Shown here piece after piece: positions 1 to 13,666 of a DNA stretch of 64,000 bases. This DNA is from Schizochytrium sp. TIO01. Its lineage: Eukaryota > Protista > Bigyra: Labyrinthulomycetes. The stretch is from the NCBI GenBank assembly GCA_004764695.1, contig SMSO01000004.1:2258397-2322396 (forward strand), in the 5' to 3' direction. Position 1 is the first letter of the stretch; every line of letters starts with the position of its first letter. A program made the position numbers and the translations under genes. Under the pieces are notes generated by a model that ran no database searches, was not told the origin of the DNA, and saw only the letters and a list, made by a program, of their open reading frames with translations.

Positions 1-139
1 ACGCGTGCCCTCGCACCGTTCCGCGTGTGCTCGCACTCTGCTCTTGTTTGTTGCGGCTTCCACGAAGTTCTGCGCAGCGCAACGAAGTCAGCAGAGCAGT
101 CGGCGCCATCTGTCGTCGTGGGATGCAACAGATCGCTCG

Positions 140-268
140 ATCAATCAGTCAGGCAGGCAGGCAGGCAGTCAATCAGTCAATCAGTCAATCAGTCAATCAG
201 CCGATAGTTCGACAGTTCAGTTCGTTCGTTCTTGTCAGCTTTTCTCACGTTGGTTTTCAATCAATCAG

Positions 269-307
<39 letters not shown>

Positions 308-560
308 GCTCTTTGCAAAGAAGGAGAGCTTCGATTGAAGAAGGAAGGAACAGGGAAATTTATGAGTGCATGAGTGCGTGAATAAATGAATGAATAAATG
401 AATATAAATGAATGAATAAATGAATGAATAAATGAATGAATAAATGAATGAATAAATGAATGAATGAATAAATGAATGAATAAATGAATGAATGAATGAA
501 TAAATGAATGAATAAATGAATGAATAAATGAATGAATGAATGAATGAATGAGTTAGTGAG
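140..560. repeat. Microsatellite tracts: (TCAA/TCAG)n and (AATG/AAAT)n
   Basis: Tetranucleotide runs visible at ~140-200, ~258-306 and ~375-550; they account for the low-complexity ORFs here. Confidence 0.9.
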
Positions 561-2301
561 TAAATGAGACAGTGAACATGCACTGGAGACGGACCGAGAC
601 TGAGTGGTTGCGCTGCATTATCCACCGCATCAGAGTCCACCGGAGTTGCCGCCTCCAAGCGACCCGAGGCCGCTGCGCGAGCCCCAGTTTGCGAGGGCCT
701 CGCTCAGCCTGCGGAAGGTATTCATTCACCTCCATCGCACCACGTTCATATCTGCCTCCAAAAAAGTCAATCTTTTCATCGACGCCAAAGCAGAGAGAAA
801 TTGACGACGATAGGAAACAAAACAAAGAGCGCCGCACACTCCTAGCGTTTCTTAAGTGGTCTTAGCGACGGGCAGAGAGATACGTCATCATCTCATTCGT
901 CGATCGATCCCGAATCGACTCGAATTTGAATTTGAATTCGAATTTGAATTCGAGCTGACGAGGAATGAAGGACTCAGGATGGCGAGCGAAGCCATCGCGA
1001 AGGGAGCGAGAGGCTTTGACGAGGCGAGAAGATGGCTGACGCTGGAGGAGGCCACTGCGTCAGCGCATGGCCTCTCAGGAGCGAGCGATGATCCACTCGT
1101 CACGCTCTGACTGAGGCTGCCATTCAATCAATCAATCATCTAATCAAACATTCAATCAATTACTTACTTCCTTACGCTCCTTCTTCCTGAAGCCGCGTTT
1201 GCCGATGTCTGCTCATGCGGAGATGGGAATGGAAGGTAGCAGGGTGGTTAAGGAAAACACCACGGCTTTGTAAATTGTTGTTTTGTTTTCTTTGTTTCAA
1301 ATTTGTTTTAAATAAGTTTGTCTGTTTCAAATTTGTTTTCTTTGTTTTGTTTTGTTTTGTTTTCTTTGTGAAAGCAAAGTATTTTGCGGCTGCTTGACGT
1401 GAGGATTGAAAGAAGACGAAGTCGGGTGCATCGCAAGGAATCGCCAGAGCTAAGCAAGGCCTTCTGCAAGGCTGCGTGATATGGGCAGCGCTTTCAGGAG
1501 GGGGAGAGGGAGGAGGACAGCCATAAACTTTGCTCTACGGCGACGCTTCAAGTTGGAGCTGAGGCCTGTGTATCAAGAGCGGCGCTTGTGCGAGTACGTA
1601 GTTGACTTGTCTTTTCCAGCGCTGGGCTGAAGAAAACAAAATTCACGTTTTCGAAGACTTTTTTTTTTTTTTTTTTTTTAAAATTTAAATAAAGAATAAC
1701 AAAACAAAGCATTCGTCGAATAAAAGGAAAAGTGAAAAGTAATTTTCATGAAACCTGTTACTGTAGTAGAAAAGGGTTTTCAAAAGAAAAGAAAAGAAAA
1801 GAAAAGAAAAGAAAAGAAAAGAAAGAAAGAAAGGAGGCGGGAAAAAGTGTTCCCGAAATTCAGAATTCCTTATTTCCAAAACACCTCCCATCATCACACC
1901 CGCTAGCGCCCCCTACCTTTTCGGGTAGCAATCTTAGTCGCAGATTACAGAGAAGCGAGCGATTTGCAAAAGTAAAGTTTTCTCTCTGCCTACCTATAAT
2001 TTGAAAGTTGCAAGAGAGGAATTTAAAAATAAACTTAGAAGTAGTAGTAGTAGTAGTAGTAAGGAAGAACTTCTAACCAAAGTAGTTGGTACCGAGTGCT
2101 ATAGCGATAGCGTAAATAGCATCCTCCAAAGAATTCGAAGCAGTCAAAGCAAGAGGCTGCAAGCAAACCCGCAACTCGACTCGCTTCGTTGGTCTGCGCG
2201 CGCTAACCCGCTCGCCAGTCCAGCAGTAGCAGCCGCAGCCAACCGCGTTACCCCCCCCCCCCCCCCCCCCCCTCTTCACCGTCACTTCCCCGCTCGTAAC
2301 C

Positions 2302-5300
2302 ATGGGCAAGGGTCAGGGCAAGGGCCAGGGCGAGATGGATGGTCTCCTGCAGCTCGCAGGAGGCCTCCTCGTCGGCGGCTTCGCTCTCTACAAAATGACC
2401 AAAGACGACTCCAAGAACAACGCCGACGCCAAGGCACAGCAGCAACAGAAGTCTGCCGTCGTTCTGCCAGAGCAAAAGGCCCAGGCGCCCGGCAAGGTGC
2501 AGCAGCAGGCTGAGCCCAAGCAGCAGCTGCAGGCCAACTCTGAGGCCTCCTCCATCTCCAGCGAGGAGTCTGAGGAGTTCTTGCCCAGCTGGATGAGCCG
2601 CAAGGACCCCAAGACTGGCGTTGAGGAGGTCGGCGGTGCCGTCCCACGCACTGAGACCCAGCAGGCCAGTGCCGCTGACACCAGCGCTCGTGCCGTTATG
2701 CAGCTCTCTTCTGCCAAACCACGCCGTTGCTCGCGTAGCCCAGGCTCGCAGCGACGCTGTCTTCGTCTACGCCGCCGCCGGCGAGGCATACCTTGGCAAC
2801 ACTCTTGACAAGACCGCGTCCGAGGCACAGGTGCTCGAGATGGAGACCCGCCCTGGCGCAGGTGCTGCCGTCGTAGGTGCTGCCGCCGGAGGATCCCGTG
2901 TGGCAGTTCTTGCCACCAGTGCTTCCATCAAGGCTATGCTCCCTAGCCTCTTCGAGATGGCCGCCAAGTCACTCCCCGTGGTCATCCACGTCGCAGCTCT
3001 CTCTGTTGGCGAGGATAGCCTCGCAATCGCACAGGACCTTAGCGAGATCATGGCCGCTCGTGACACTGGAGTCATCATGCTTGCCTCGTCCAAGGCCGAA
3101 GAGGCCCAGGCTACCGCCCTTTCTGCACACGCTCTCGCTGAGACCCGTGGCGTCCCCGTTCTGCACTTTTTCGACGGCGCCCGTGGCCTTCAGCAACTTA
3201 CCCCTATGCGCCTCGTGGCTCCCTCCCTCCTCACTGCGCCCGCTCAACCCGCTGCCCTCGCCCAGCCGGAGGCTTTTGAGTTTGTTGGCAGCCAGAACGC
3301 CGAGGTCGTGATCGTGGCTATGGGTGCCCCCACCAACGTTATTGAGGAGGCTATCTCTATGCGCAGTGCCCACCAGGCCGAGGTTATTGGTGTGCTCAAG
3401 GTCCGCATGCTCCGCCCGTGGTCCGCCAAGGACCTCGTTGCAGCCCTCCCTGCACAGACCAAGCGCATCTGTGTCGTCGATCAGGGCGGCAAGATCGCAC
3501 CCCTCTTCGAGGAGGTTGCCGCCAGCATCCACAGCGAGGCCTGGGGCTCTCGCGTCATGCCTCTTTTGCTCTCAGTGCGTCTCCCCGCTCTCGTGGATGG
3601 TTTCACACCCGCAATGGCACACAGCGTAGTCTCCAACGCCTTGGCGGCTCGCCCCCAACTTGTTATTGGCGCCGAGATTGCTAATGCTTCCGTTGATCTT
3701 GACCTCACGCGGCCTGCAGGCGCTGCTCGCAACATTGTAGCACTCACTACCGCTACCCCGGGAGCTGCTGCTGCTCTCCGTGCCGCTGCTGTGGCCGTGG
3801 CCGCCCAAGCGCACGCACAGGTCTTCGTGTCCGAGGACGTTTACGCAGGTGACGAGGGTGTCGTCCGCGCTGAAATTCGCGTTGGAGCTCCGGGACAGCG
3901 TATCCCTGAATCCTACGCGATCCAGGACGCTGATGTCATTGTTATTGAGCAGCGCGCCCTCGTTGGCGCTGGTGCCCTCGCCGCAGAACTCGTTCGCGAT
4001 CGCGGTGTTGTTCTGGTCCTTCCGGATCCCAAGAAGCGCCAGGAGGGCGTTGAGGACGTTCAGATTGAACTCCCCGCCGACGTTCGCACTGAGCTTTCCC
4101 GCAAATCCGTGAAGCTTGTCACCTTTGACTCCCACGCCTACCTCCGTGAGGCTGCCGAGCGCTCTGTAGAGCCCGTGCCTCTGCAGTCCCTGTACGCTGC
4201 TGAGAAGTGGATGGCTCTTGTCGCTGCCCTCTACAAGTCTGAGGGAGCCGAGCGCTTCACCAACCAGATCGCCAGCGATCTTCGCTCCTCTGTTCGCAAC
4301 GCCTCCCGTGCTGCTGTTGGCAACGCTCTCAGTGAGGCCCTCACCACTGGTGTTAGCCGCGTCGAGGGCTACATGGCGGACTCTAGCTTCGCCCTCCGCG
4401 ACGTCTCCTTCGGCGGCCCGCACGCCTACATGCCGCGCTCCTCCGCTGGTGCTAGTGGTTCCCAGTTCGAAGGTGCTGACGCTAGCTCCTTTGCCTCTTC
4501 CCACTTTGGTGGCATGTCCCCGATCCCTCGTGCCCGCGGCTCGGAACTCCGCTTTGTGCCCCGCTTCGAGGTTGCCAAGCCCCAAGAGAGCAAGGCTGCC
4601 AGCGTTGGTGCATCTAATCAGATTACCCAGCTCCAGCGCCACCAGGCTGCTCTTCCCCTCATCTTCCCGGATGCCTTCCAGAAGACCAACGCCATCAAGC
4701 CGGCTTCCCGCGAGAAGGCTTACCAGGTGCGTTTGACCAAGAAGATTCGTCTTACTCCTGGTGAGTACAACCGTGACATCTTCCACCTTGAGTTCGACAT
4801 TAGCGATACCGACATCCAGTACCGCATCGGTGATGCTCTCGGTGTGTACCCTGAGAACGACGAGGCTGAGGTTGATGCCTTTATCCGTGAGTACGGCCTT
4901 AACCCCAACGAGTTCGTGTCCTTCCCGTCCCGCGACGGTCAGGTCGAGATCAAGTCTGTGCGTAACATTCTTCTCTCAGAGCTCGACCTCTTCGGTAAGC
5001 CCTCCAAGCGCTTCTACTGTGCTCTCTCCAGCTTTGCTACATCCCGCTACGAGAACCTCAAGCTCTTGCACACTGGTACTGACGACTCTGAGCAGTTCAA
5101 GCTCGGCACCTACGAGACCGTGCGTTTCTCTGATCTTCTTCTTCAGTACCGCTCTGCCAAGCTCACCATCAAGGACCTCATCGAGATTGTGCCGCGCATC
5201 CAGGCCCGCCACTACTCCATTGCCTCCTCTCAGAAGCTCCACCCCACCTCTGTGCACTTGCTCATCGTCGCTGTTGACTGGGTCACCCCGTCTGGCAAGA

Positions 5301-5851
5301 AGCGCTATGGTGCCGCCACTCGCTACTTGAACTCTCTCGACGCAAGCAAGCAGCCCCGCGTCACTGTTGATGTCATTAGCTCTGTTCTTCGCCTCCCGGA
5401 GACCCACGATTCTGCTCTCATTCTCACTGGTCTTGGTACCGGTCTTGCCCCGTTCCGTGCTTTCGTGCAGGAGCGCAAGTGGCTCAAGGAGCAGGGCCAT
5501 GCCGTCGGCCCCATCCGCCTCTACTTCGGTGCCCGTCACCGCCGCGAGGAGTACCTCTACGGTGATGAGTGGGATGCCTACCAGGCTGAGGGTCTTGTCG
5601 ACCTTTGCCTTGCCTTCTCCCGTGACCAGCCTGAGAAGATCTACGTCCAGACCCGCATGAACGAGGACAAGCTTGTCCTTCGCAAGCTTCTTGCTGAGAA
5701 TGATGCCCATGCCTACATGTGCGGTCCCGTCTGGCCCGTCCCTGATGTCAGCAAGGCTCTCGCTGTCGCTCTCTCCACCACGGATGAACCCGACCATGAT
5801 GCTGTCGAGAAGCTCAAGAAGCTCGGCCGCTACTTGCTCGAGGTCTACTAA
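2302..5851 (+). CDS. MET10: Assimilatory sulfite reductase flavoprotein subunit (fungal Met10-like: PFOR-like domains + FAD/NADPH reductase), one apparent +1 frameshift at ~2716
   Basis: ORF 2621-5851 has PFOR-type segments (PVVIHVAA, PVLHFFDG, GVLKVRMLRPWS) and FNR motifs (RHYSIASS, GLGTGLAPFR, LYFGARHR, AYMCGP), ending YLLEVY. Removing one A from GCCAAACC (2713-2720) joins ATG 2302 to this frame as ...QLSSANHAVARVAQ... Confidence 0.85.
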
Positions 5852-7603
5852 GCGAGTGTGTGTTGAATGAAATAAACATCACCACACCACTAACTGTGAC
5901 CTCCCCTGCGTAATTCGGATCGTGATGATGGATAGATTTACATACGTGGATGCTCTTCTATTGTTCCCGCGATTTATCATATCATAACTATCGGGGAAGC
6001 CTGTCTTTCACTTTCTCATTCCATTATTTCTCTCCTCCTGATGAAGAAGCTTTATAAACAAACTCAAACACATTTTTGATGATCATGTCACAAACAACAC
6101 TTCCTCTTTCTCCTTTACCTAATTCCTAATAGTTCTATCCCCACCAGTCCAAGTGACTTTTTAAGTTATACAACCTTTGGCAACGGGGTAGAAACTCTCA
6201 AAATTCTCAGCATTTTGTTACCATTATGTGATAGATATTAAGGAATTGTTAATGCTGGTATTCCCTTCTGTCTCATGAGATTCCGATCCCACTTTCACTA
6301 GTCAGGTGTAGCTCCTAACAATCATTCATGAAAAACAAATTTGGTAAGGAATCAAGTCAAAACTGTTATACAGGGTTTTGGTTTGGAATCCCTGTAGTAA
6401 CGTTACTATTGGGTTTAGTGAAGAATCATCTAATTTTGAGCAATGGGAAAGATCCTCTTGAAATCTCGGACGTCTCTATTGATATCTTTCCAAAACGCAG
6501 AGAGCTGTGCTTCATGAATACATATTAGATGGATGATTTCGTTGAAGTCAATGATTTAACTACAAAGGCATGTGTCAAAATGAGCGATGCTAAGGGGATA
6601 CACAGAGTGTAGCTTCTCCTTGACAGACAGAGTGATACTCCCTAGAGGCGCGAACTCCAGAGATTCCTCATGATAGGTTACTGCAAGAACCGAATTGTTA
6701 AGAATATGGCGATCGATAGCCATAGAGAGAAAATGAGACGGGGTATACATCCCCCAAATTGGTCAGAGATCTTCATAGATTTCCATCTCATTTCTGAAAG
6801 TCTATGTTGCAGAGTCTATGTATTCACTCGACATAGTCAACCTCAGGATTCTTATTCTTCACATCGTAATTGGGCCACCGAGGCCTTGCAAAATTTACTC
6901 AAATTTTAAAAACAGGTTTTGAATAATTCTCTCTCATTGTTGAGAGTGCTTCGCAATTGGAGTGCCTAGTACTGGTTCCTTCTACTATGCACACCAGGCA
7001 TCAAATGTCTTTTTGCCTATTTGGCTTTTCAAACGCATGAGTTTTACCATCTCAAGGCAACTAGGTAACCTGTTCCTTTTTTTGTTTTTCTATATAAAAC
7101 ATACCAAGTATAGAGAATGTCAGAACACAGTACCTTTAATTTTTTTTAATAACTTCTTGTGTTGTGCTTGCTTATCTTCAGAACGGAGAGAATCCCCTCC
7201 TATGCGGTAGGTACTAATTGATTCGTTTTCTTGTTTTGTTTTCTACACTTTTTCTTTTCTTTCCTTAATTTGAGATGGTAGGGAAGGAACGATGTAAACC
7301 CTTTCGAAAGACAAACAGACTTTGCGCAGGCTGAATTGAAGAAACTTCAAATGAACAGTTGTCTCGACGCACTTTTATCAGAAGCATCTAAAAGATTGAC
7401 GACTAGAAAAAGGCGCATTCCTAAAGTTTATGAAGAGTCTAAATACAAACTCCCAAAGAGGTTTCGAAAACAGTTCAAAGGCAGCTCACACCCATCTTTA
7501 TCACGTTGTTAATGCTTGGTGAATACAAGGAAGCACTAATTACAACTACACCACATCTTTTCGCTTTCACAACATTTGCGAAATCTCAAAGTAGTCTTCA
7601 GCA

Positions 7604-10323
7604 TTATCTCCGACCAAAAAATCCACGACGGGAGGAATTCCTGCTCGGAGGAGGAGAGGGGTTTTCAAGAAGGTGGTTGATTGCTCGGTTAAGATCACCA
7701 TCTGCGCCGCTCAAAGCTTCTGAGATCTGCTGATCAGAGATATCATCACCCACAATTGCCCGGATTTGAGCAATTTTCTCACTATCACGACCTCCACTAG
7801 AGCTGGTGGCCGAAGAATATCGTGGTGGAGGCGGAGGCGGATTTCTATCACCACCGCTCATGGGATAGGCAGGGGCCGCAGTGGGCACTGTCTGAACAGC
7901 AGACGGGCCCATCGGGAAGGCCGGGGCTACACCACCTCCACCAACAGCATACGGAGTCATTAGTGGCTGCGACATTTGACGATCATACCCTGGCCGAGAC
8001 ATCATACCCGGGTAGACGCCCTGGGGTTGTTGCTGCTGCTGTCCAAGGATACATCCCACCACCAGTGTTGTTGTTGGTGCTGTTGCTGCTGGCGTTTTGT
8101 GCACGTTTGACAAGATCCGCTTCAAGTTCCTTGCGTTGCATGTCACGAACGTAGCAATGGTCTGCTGCAGTCGTGTCAAGCTGACCAATGCGAGTACGCA
8201 AATTCTGGTAGAACTTTTCGCCTTCTACAATGTAAGTAGCAATCTCTTCAAAGGCCTCGATGGCCTGGTCAATTTCTGCGATGACTCCTTCGCGCTTCAA
8301 CATGGCTTCGGACTGCTTCCGCATTTTCATGAATTCAAAGTTTCGATCCAGAATACGACTGAGCATCATCGGCAGATCCTCAATACGACCATCCATCTCA
8401 GAAAGCATTGCAGAGTATTTTTGCACCTCACTATTAATAAGTTTCTGCAAACGACTTTCACTTGAAGCAACTGCGTTCGGTCCACCAGGTGCAGAATTCA
8501 TGGCTGCGGCAATAGAATCTCCAGCCGTATCATCCACAAGTTGGCCCTGGAGACCTTCAAGCTCCTGGATGCATGTGCCCAGCTCTACTAGCATTACTGC
8601 AAGGTCAGAACGGGTTTCCTCCACTTCCGGGTTTGCGTCAATGTCTTCTGTGGACGGGAACAGTTGATCAATCTTGAACTTGGGAAAGCTAAGAATCTCC
8701 ATCTTTTCACGGTTTGTGTCGAGCTTGTCCTTCAGCACGTTGTCAGAGGCGCGAGCTTCAGAAAGAAGGCTGCGATACCGTGAGATATCACCTCGCATGT
8801 GAAGACTGAGGTTTGCAGAGGGTGTGACTGTCCAAAGTTCGCCCCAAGTTGTGCGACAACGAGTGTCTTCTTCTTCCTCCTCACCAAGTTTGGCTTCAAT
8901 TGTACGAAGTTGTTGATCAATACCTGAAGCCAAGGCTTCGTTATCCTGCAACGAAATTTCTAGCCCAGCGGTCCCGCCGCGGGAATTGACGCTATTCTCA
9001 ATCCGGCTCCATACGGCATCGGGCAAGCCATCCTGGGAGGAATCACCTGCTTCCACAGCCGCAGGCAACCCGGCCTCGGAGAGGCGAAGCTTAACATCTT
9101 CACATGCATCCTGCACCTTGTTACCATATTCTTCGACCAAGTGTGTTAAATGACTCTTGTACAAGGTTTCAGCTTCTTGCATGACAACAGGAAGCAGGCC
9201 TGCAAAAATACTCTCTTCGTAGACGTCGCTTCCACGCCGCGTGGCATAAGAGATATCATGGCTTCCCCAACAGACCATCAGCTGGGGCAATTGGCTTTGC
9301 AAGAGCGGCCATTGGCGGATCCGCGAGCGATTTGACTGATGGAATCACCTGCATGTAAATGCGATTATTGTCTTCGGATGCTACGTCAAGGCGATCATGG
9401 ATTACCTTGCGCAGATGACGAATCGTCTCCAACATGGAAGCTGGCACTCGGCCTTGCTGACCAGCATAAATTGCGGCTTCACAAAGCTCACTGGCGTATC
9501 CTAAACGAGCAATTTCCTCGCCATAGCCCTCCGTAGTTTCCTCAGCACGTTGATGAACTACTTTGGCGTATTGGAACTGCGTTGATGCCTGGAAGCAGCG
9601 GTACTGAAAGTCGATATGAACGGCCCATGTTGGATCAAGTGTAGAGGCAAGAGAACCACTCCGAGAAGCGTCCAACGAGTGTCTGTACCAGTCACAGGCC
9701 TGGGCCGAGAGCTTGGCAAGAATGGCTGGTTTGTGCTCATCACGTATGGCCTTTTCGTAGAAACATGCCTGTGCTTGAGCAAGCATGAGATTACACAGCA
9801 TGTCGAGGCCCTCGGGAGACATGTCTGAAAGGGTCGGCCCCAGCAATCGGTGCCCCACCACCTCGTCGCGAAGGTAGTGGTAGATACCAGCAGCACGCTG
9901 AAAAAACACACAGGCCTTCTTCAGACCGCCCACATCACTGCGATCTTGTACCATACCCTGATGCGACAAAACTGAACCAAGGTTGAAGAGTACGGAGGCA
10001 CGCTCGAATTCAAGTTGAGACATGGACATTTTCTTCTGTGGGCGTAAGGCATCGTACCAAACAAACGTAAGTTTGAGGCCGCCTTCGCCGAGTGGGAAGC
10101 GAGGTTCCACATCACCGAGCATGGTCAGATAGCTCTCCATAGCGTCCACGGAGCTATCCGCGGCGCCCGCGGCATTTGCAACGCGCTCGCGTGTAGTGCT
10201 GAGCCTTTGAATTGATCCTGCATGCTTGTCAAGTTCTTCAGGACTGTAGTTAGATGAAATATAGCTTCGCAACGGACCCGACCAGTCCACACCCTTCGTC
10301 TCTTTCAGTGGTACTGCCAACAT
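7604..10323 (-). CDS. BRO1/ALIX-family ESCRT accessory protein (BRO1 + V domain + Pro/Gln-rich tail + C-terminal UBA-like domain); two apparent +1 frameshifts (~9266, ~8045)
   Basis: BRO1 motifs FVWYDAL, FERASVLFNLG, MLAQAQACFYEKA, DNNRIY; V-domain motifs GLPAAVEA, EGEKFY. Three overlapping ORFs join by deleting one base at each junction. ATG at 10323. Confidence 0.85.
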
Positions 10324-12271
10324 CTCAGAGTAAGCCAATCAAACCAAACCTCCCTTACTTCTCAGTAGTCCGAGGGTATCTATCTTCAACGTTTGCCCCT
10401 TGCTTCTAAGGAGACTGCTTGCTTCACTGCGCGAGAAGCAAGGAAGTTTGCTCTTTGTTTTAGATTTTGCAAGGCCCGGAACTCGACAAAAGTCACTCAA
10501 GTGCTCAAGTGCTTGCCCAAGAAGAAGAAAAGAAGCAAAAGAACTCGCGTAGACTTCTCAATCCCAGCCTGCTTGTTTCGCGTCTGCCGTGGAGTTTGGC
10601 CCTCAGAAAGTAAGATGGAGGTACCTTCTACCTCTAAATCTTTGAGAGAGTGAGCGAGGGAGCGAGTAGGTTCAAGCTGGACTTCTTGAGCTTCTGCTCT
10701 TTCGTCGCCACCTGCTGCAATCCAAGTCGCCCTGTAAATAAGGCTCCGGGTTTGATGCCAGAAGTGAAGACGCCGGCCCTCGCAAGCGTGCTACCTCGCC
10801 CCGCGTACCTTCACGCCCAGGCAAACAGTTGCGCGCTTGTGCCGGCTCGAGTGCGATGTAGATTTGGTCGCAAGTGGAACCTCAGCTGTCGATAGCCTAT
10901 TGTGCCGCTCCCTATAACCCATTGTATGCAAAGACTCCAAATAGGCTATTCTGCCTCCAAGTAGAGCAAACCAGATACTTTGTATCCTTCCCTGAAAAGA
11001 AACCAGCGCAGAGAAAGAGAAAGGAAGGAAAGCAAAAAGAACGATGTATTATTACTATTAGTGAACACATCGTAGGGAGGCTGTATTAGCAGATACCCTA
11101 ATAGTCCTCCTCATAGTAAAGAGACGATACGATCGATACACATTCATACATAGTACATAGTGGATAGCAGGTACTTAGGCACTTCAATAGAAGCGATGTC
11201 AGAAGAGGACGGTCCATTCCAATGTGGCACTCTCCAACTTTAGAGAAAGGCGTGCGACACGACGGTACTAGACAAAACTAGTGCACGAGTGAGTGAGTGA
11301 GTGAGTGTGTGGGTTTCTCTCTGCAACGTGTTATGGGTGTTCTAAACGCATATTTTATCTTCTAATCCCATTTGGCATAAAACGTGGGTGTAGTAAACCT
11401 ATAAGTTTATAAAAAGTAGAGTGCTGGAAACTTGGAAACACGGAAAAGGACCTGGAACTTCAAGTGCTAACCTGCATCCATGATCTATCTATAAATAAAA
11501 GGTAACAGGAGGAGTCTAAGAGTGATAGCAGGCAATCGATCACAAAATAGGGCTTCAAGTTGAACTATTTCAGGACTCAATAAGTTTGTTTCGTGTGACT
11601 GCCTGCCTGCTGATTTGCTTTGACAAATCAGGTCATCTTTGCTCGCAGCAGATACGTATGTGTGATGGTGAGACGACACACCTTAAATCAAGACTGCAGA
11701 CTACCTTAATATTGAGGCACACTTTGCAATCATAAATTCCTTTTGAGCCCTACTTGCAAATGTGAATTGGAAAGAAGTAGGAACTTCGGAGGGGTATTTA
11801 AAAAGTTATGCTCATGTGGACTTGCTTAGTAAACTGCTATGAAAATGCCTAGGTCAGGAAACTCGGGTGATGTGTAAGGTACGTAGTAGGACTCGACTAA
11901 AGCACGAGTCGTGTTTAGGCAACCAAACTAAATAGGGATTTGCTCACATCAGAGCAGCCCGACACCTCCTCGCCAAACCAACTTCGACGAGCTTGACGTA
12001 GTGAGGTGAGGACTGCAGAAGCCCGCCTTAGGCTGTGCAGAGGAACGCCCGGCTCTGGCCTTGTGGGCTAGACGAGGCGGAACTCGCTGCAAGCGCTCCG
12101 TTTCATCCTAGGTGTAGATCAATCTTTGTGTGCACGTGCCGGCGGTCTCCTGCGCGTCTAGGGTCCAACAGTAGTCAAGACCTTGCAGAAGAACTGGGCC
12201 CCAAAGGCTCAGGACCTGGAGGGGGCTTGGACGATACAAATCCATCAGTGCTTTTTTGTAGAAATTAAAAC

Positions 12272-13666
12272 ATGTCATCTCTCAGCCACCGCCTGGGGCG
12301 TTGTAATAGCAGTAGCGACAGGAAGTCAGTTGATTCAGAGTTTTCAATTGCATCGCCTGTAAATTCACCACAAGGGGCGATCCATGCAGAGGTAATTACC
12401 AATCGCCGAGACAGTGATGTAGCACGGGATCTTTCCGACACCTTGAATCGTCGACGTGAGGACTCCGATTCGGACATTATGGCTACACGCATGCGCCAGG
12501 AGCATTTCGACGCTGAAGAGCGGTCGATGGCAGACCGTTCAAGTGTTCGTGACGCTCAGCTTGCAGCAGCTATTTATCATGGCGAGATGGAAGACCGTAA
12601 TGAAATTGACGGTCGTTACGGAAGCATCGATTATGTCAAGGAGCACGAGTACACTCCTTGGTTTAGCCGCGTAATTACTGTTGTTCTATGCATCATGATG
12701 TTAGTGGAAATTGGGGTTAACAACTGGGATATTGAGTCGCTCCAGGTGAACCCATTGATAGGTCCCTCAACAGATACACTTGACAAACTCGGTGCTAAGG
12801 ACACTCCACTAATTCTTGAAGGGCAGTTTTGGCGCTTGCTCACAGCGATGCTTTTACATGCAGGAGTTATCCACCTTGTTTTCAACCTCATTGCGATGTA
12901 TAATGTTGGCTTTCCGCTTGAACGTGAATTTGGAACGCTCAAGATTGCAATAATTTTTGTTACTTCGGGTTTTACAGGCGACCTTCTTTCATCCATCTTC
13001 CTGCCTCAAACGCTTTCTGTAGGCGCATCGGGTGCCATCTTTGGCCTCTTTGGCGCAGCCTGGGCTGATCTTCTGCAAAACTGGTCTTTGTATGGGGAAC
13101 ACGCAAAGTGGGTTCTGCTTCAGCTGATTCTTGCCACAATTGTCAATCTTGTGTTAGGCCTTCTTCCGTTTCTAGACAACTTCGCACACTTTGGTGGTCT
13201 TTGCTGTGGTATGTTCTTTGGGTTTACCTTGCTCGTACAGGACCGTTACGATATCTGGGGAAGTCGCAAGACGAGGAAGCCATACCAGGTAGTTGTCCAA
13301 GGTTGTGCTATTGTGACCATCCCAATCATGTTCATTGTGCTTATTCTTGTGTTGTACCTTCAAGTTGATGTGAGTTCTGGGTGCAACTGGTGTTCGTACA
13401 TCAGTTGTGTTCCAATGCCTCCAGGAGCAAGTGACGAAAATCTGTGGTGGGACTGCACAGAGTGCTCAACATCTGCAGATGTTGAAATTGTATTCACTGA
13501 TGTAAGTGCAGGCGACTATGAGATCACCTGCCCTGATTTGTCTGTTGTTTCAGTCAGCGGTTCCGATGATCCCAAATACACGCTTGCTGAAATTCAAGAA
13601 GCAAGTGACAATGATGATAGCTCTTTACTTCGTGCCGTGTGCAAGTACCTCTGTTACGACAGCTAA
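12272..13666 (+). CDS. Rhomboid intramembrane serine protease
   Basis: WRLLTAMLLHAGVIHLVFN, catalytic GASG and AHFGG, several hydrophobic helices, Cys-rich C-terminus. Confidence 0.92.
   Translation: MSSLSHRLGRCNSSSDRKSVDSEFSIASPVNSPQGAIHAEVITNRRDSDVARDLSDTLNRRREDSDSDIMATRMRQEHFDAEERSMADRSSVRDAQLAAAIYHGEMEDRNEIDGRYGSIDYVKEHEYTPWFSRVITVVLCIMMLVEIGVNNWDIESLQVNPLIGPSTDTLDKLGAKDTPLILEGQFWRLLTAMLLHAGVIHLVFNLIAMYNVGFPLEREFGTLKIAIIFVTSGFTGDLLSSIFLPQTLSVGASGAIFGLFGAAWADLLQNWSLYGEHAKWVLLQLILATIVNLVLGLLPFLDNFAHFGGLCCGMFFGFTLLVQDRYDIWGSRKTRKPYQVVVQGCAIVTIPIMFIVLILVLYLQVDVSSGCNWCSYISCVPMPPGASDENLWWDCTECSTSADVEIVFTDVSAGDYEITCPDLSVVSVSGSDDPKYTLAEIQEASDNDDSSLLRAVCKYLCYDS

Noticed and set aside
5-2004. ORFs in the first 2 kb
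   Set aside because: Built from microsatellites and low-complexity tracts; no protein motifs.
2767-5797. Long antisense and alternative-frame ORFs (e.g. 3572-4786, 4976-5797)
   Set aside because: Shadows caused by strong codon bias in the Met10-like gene.
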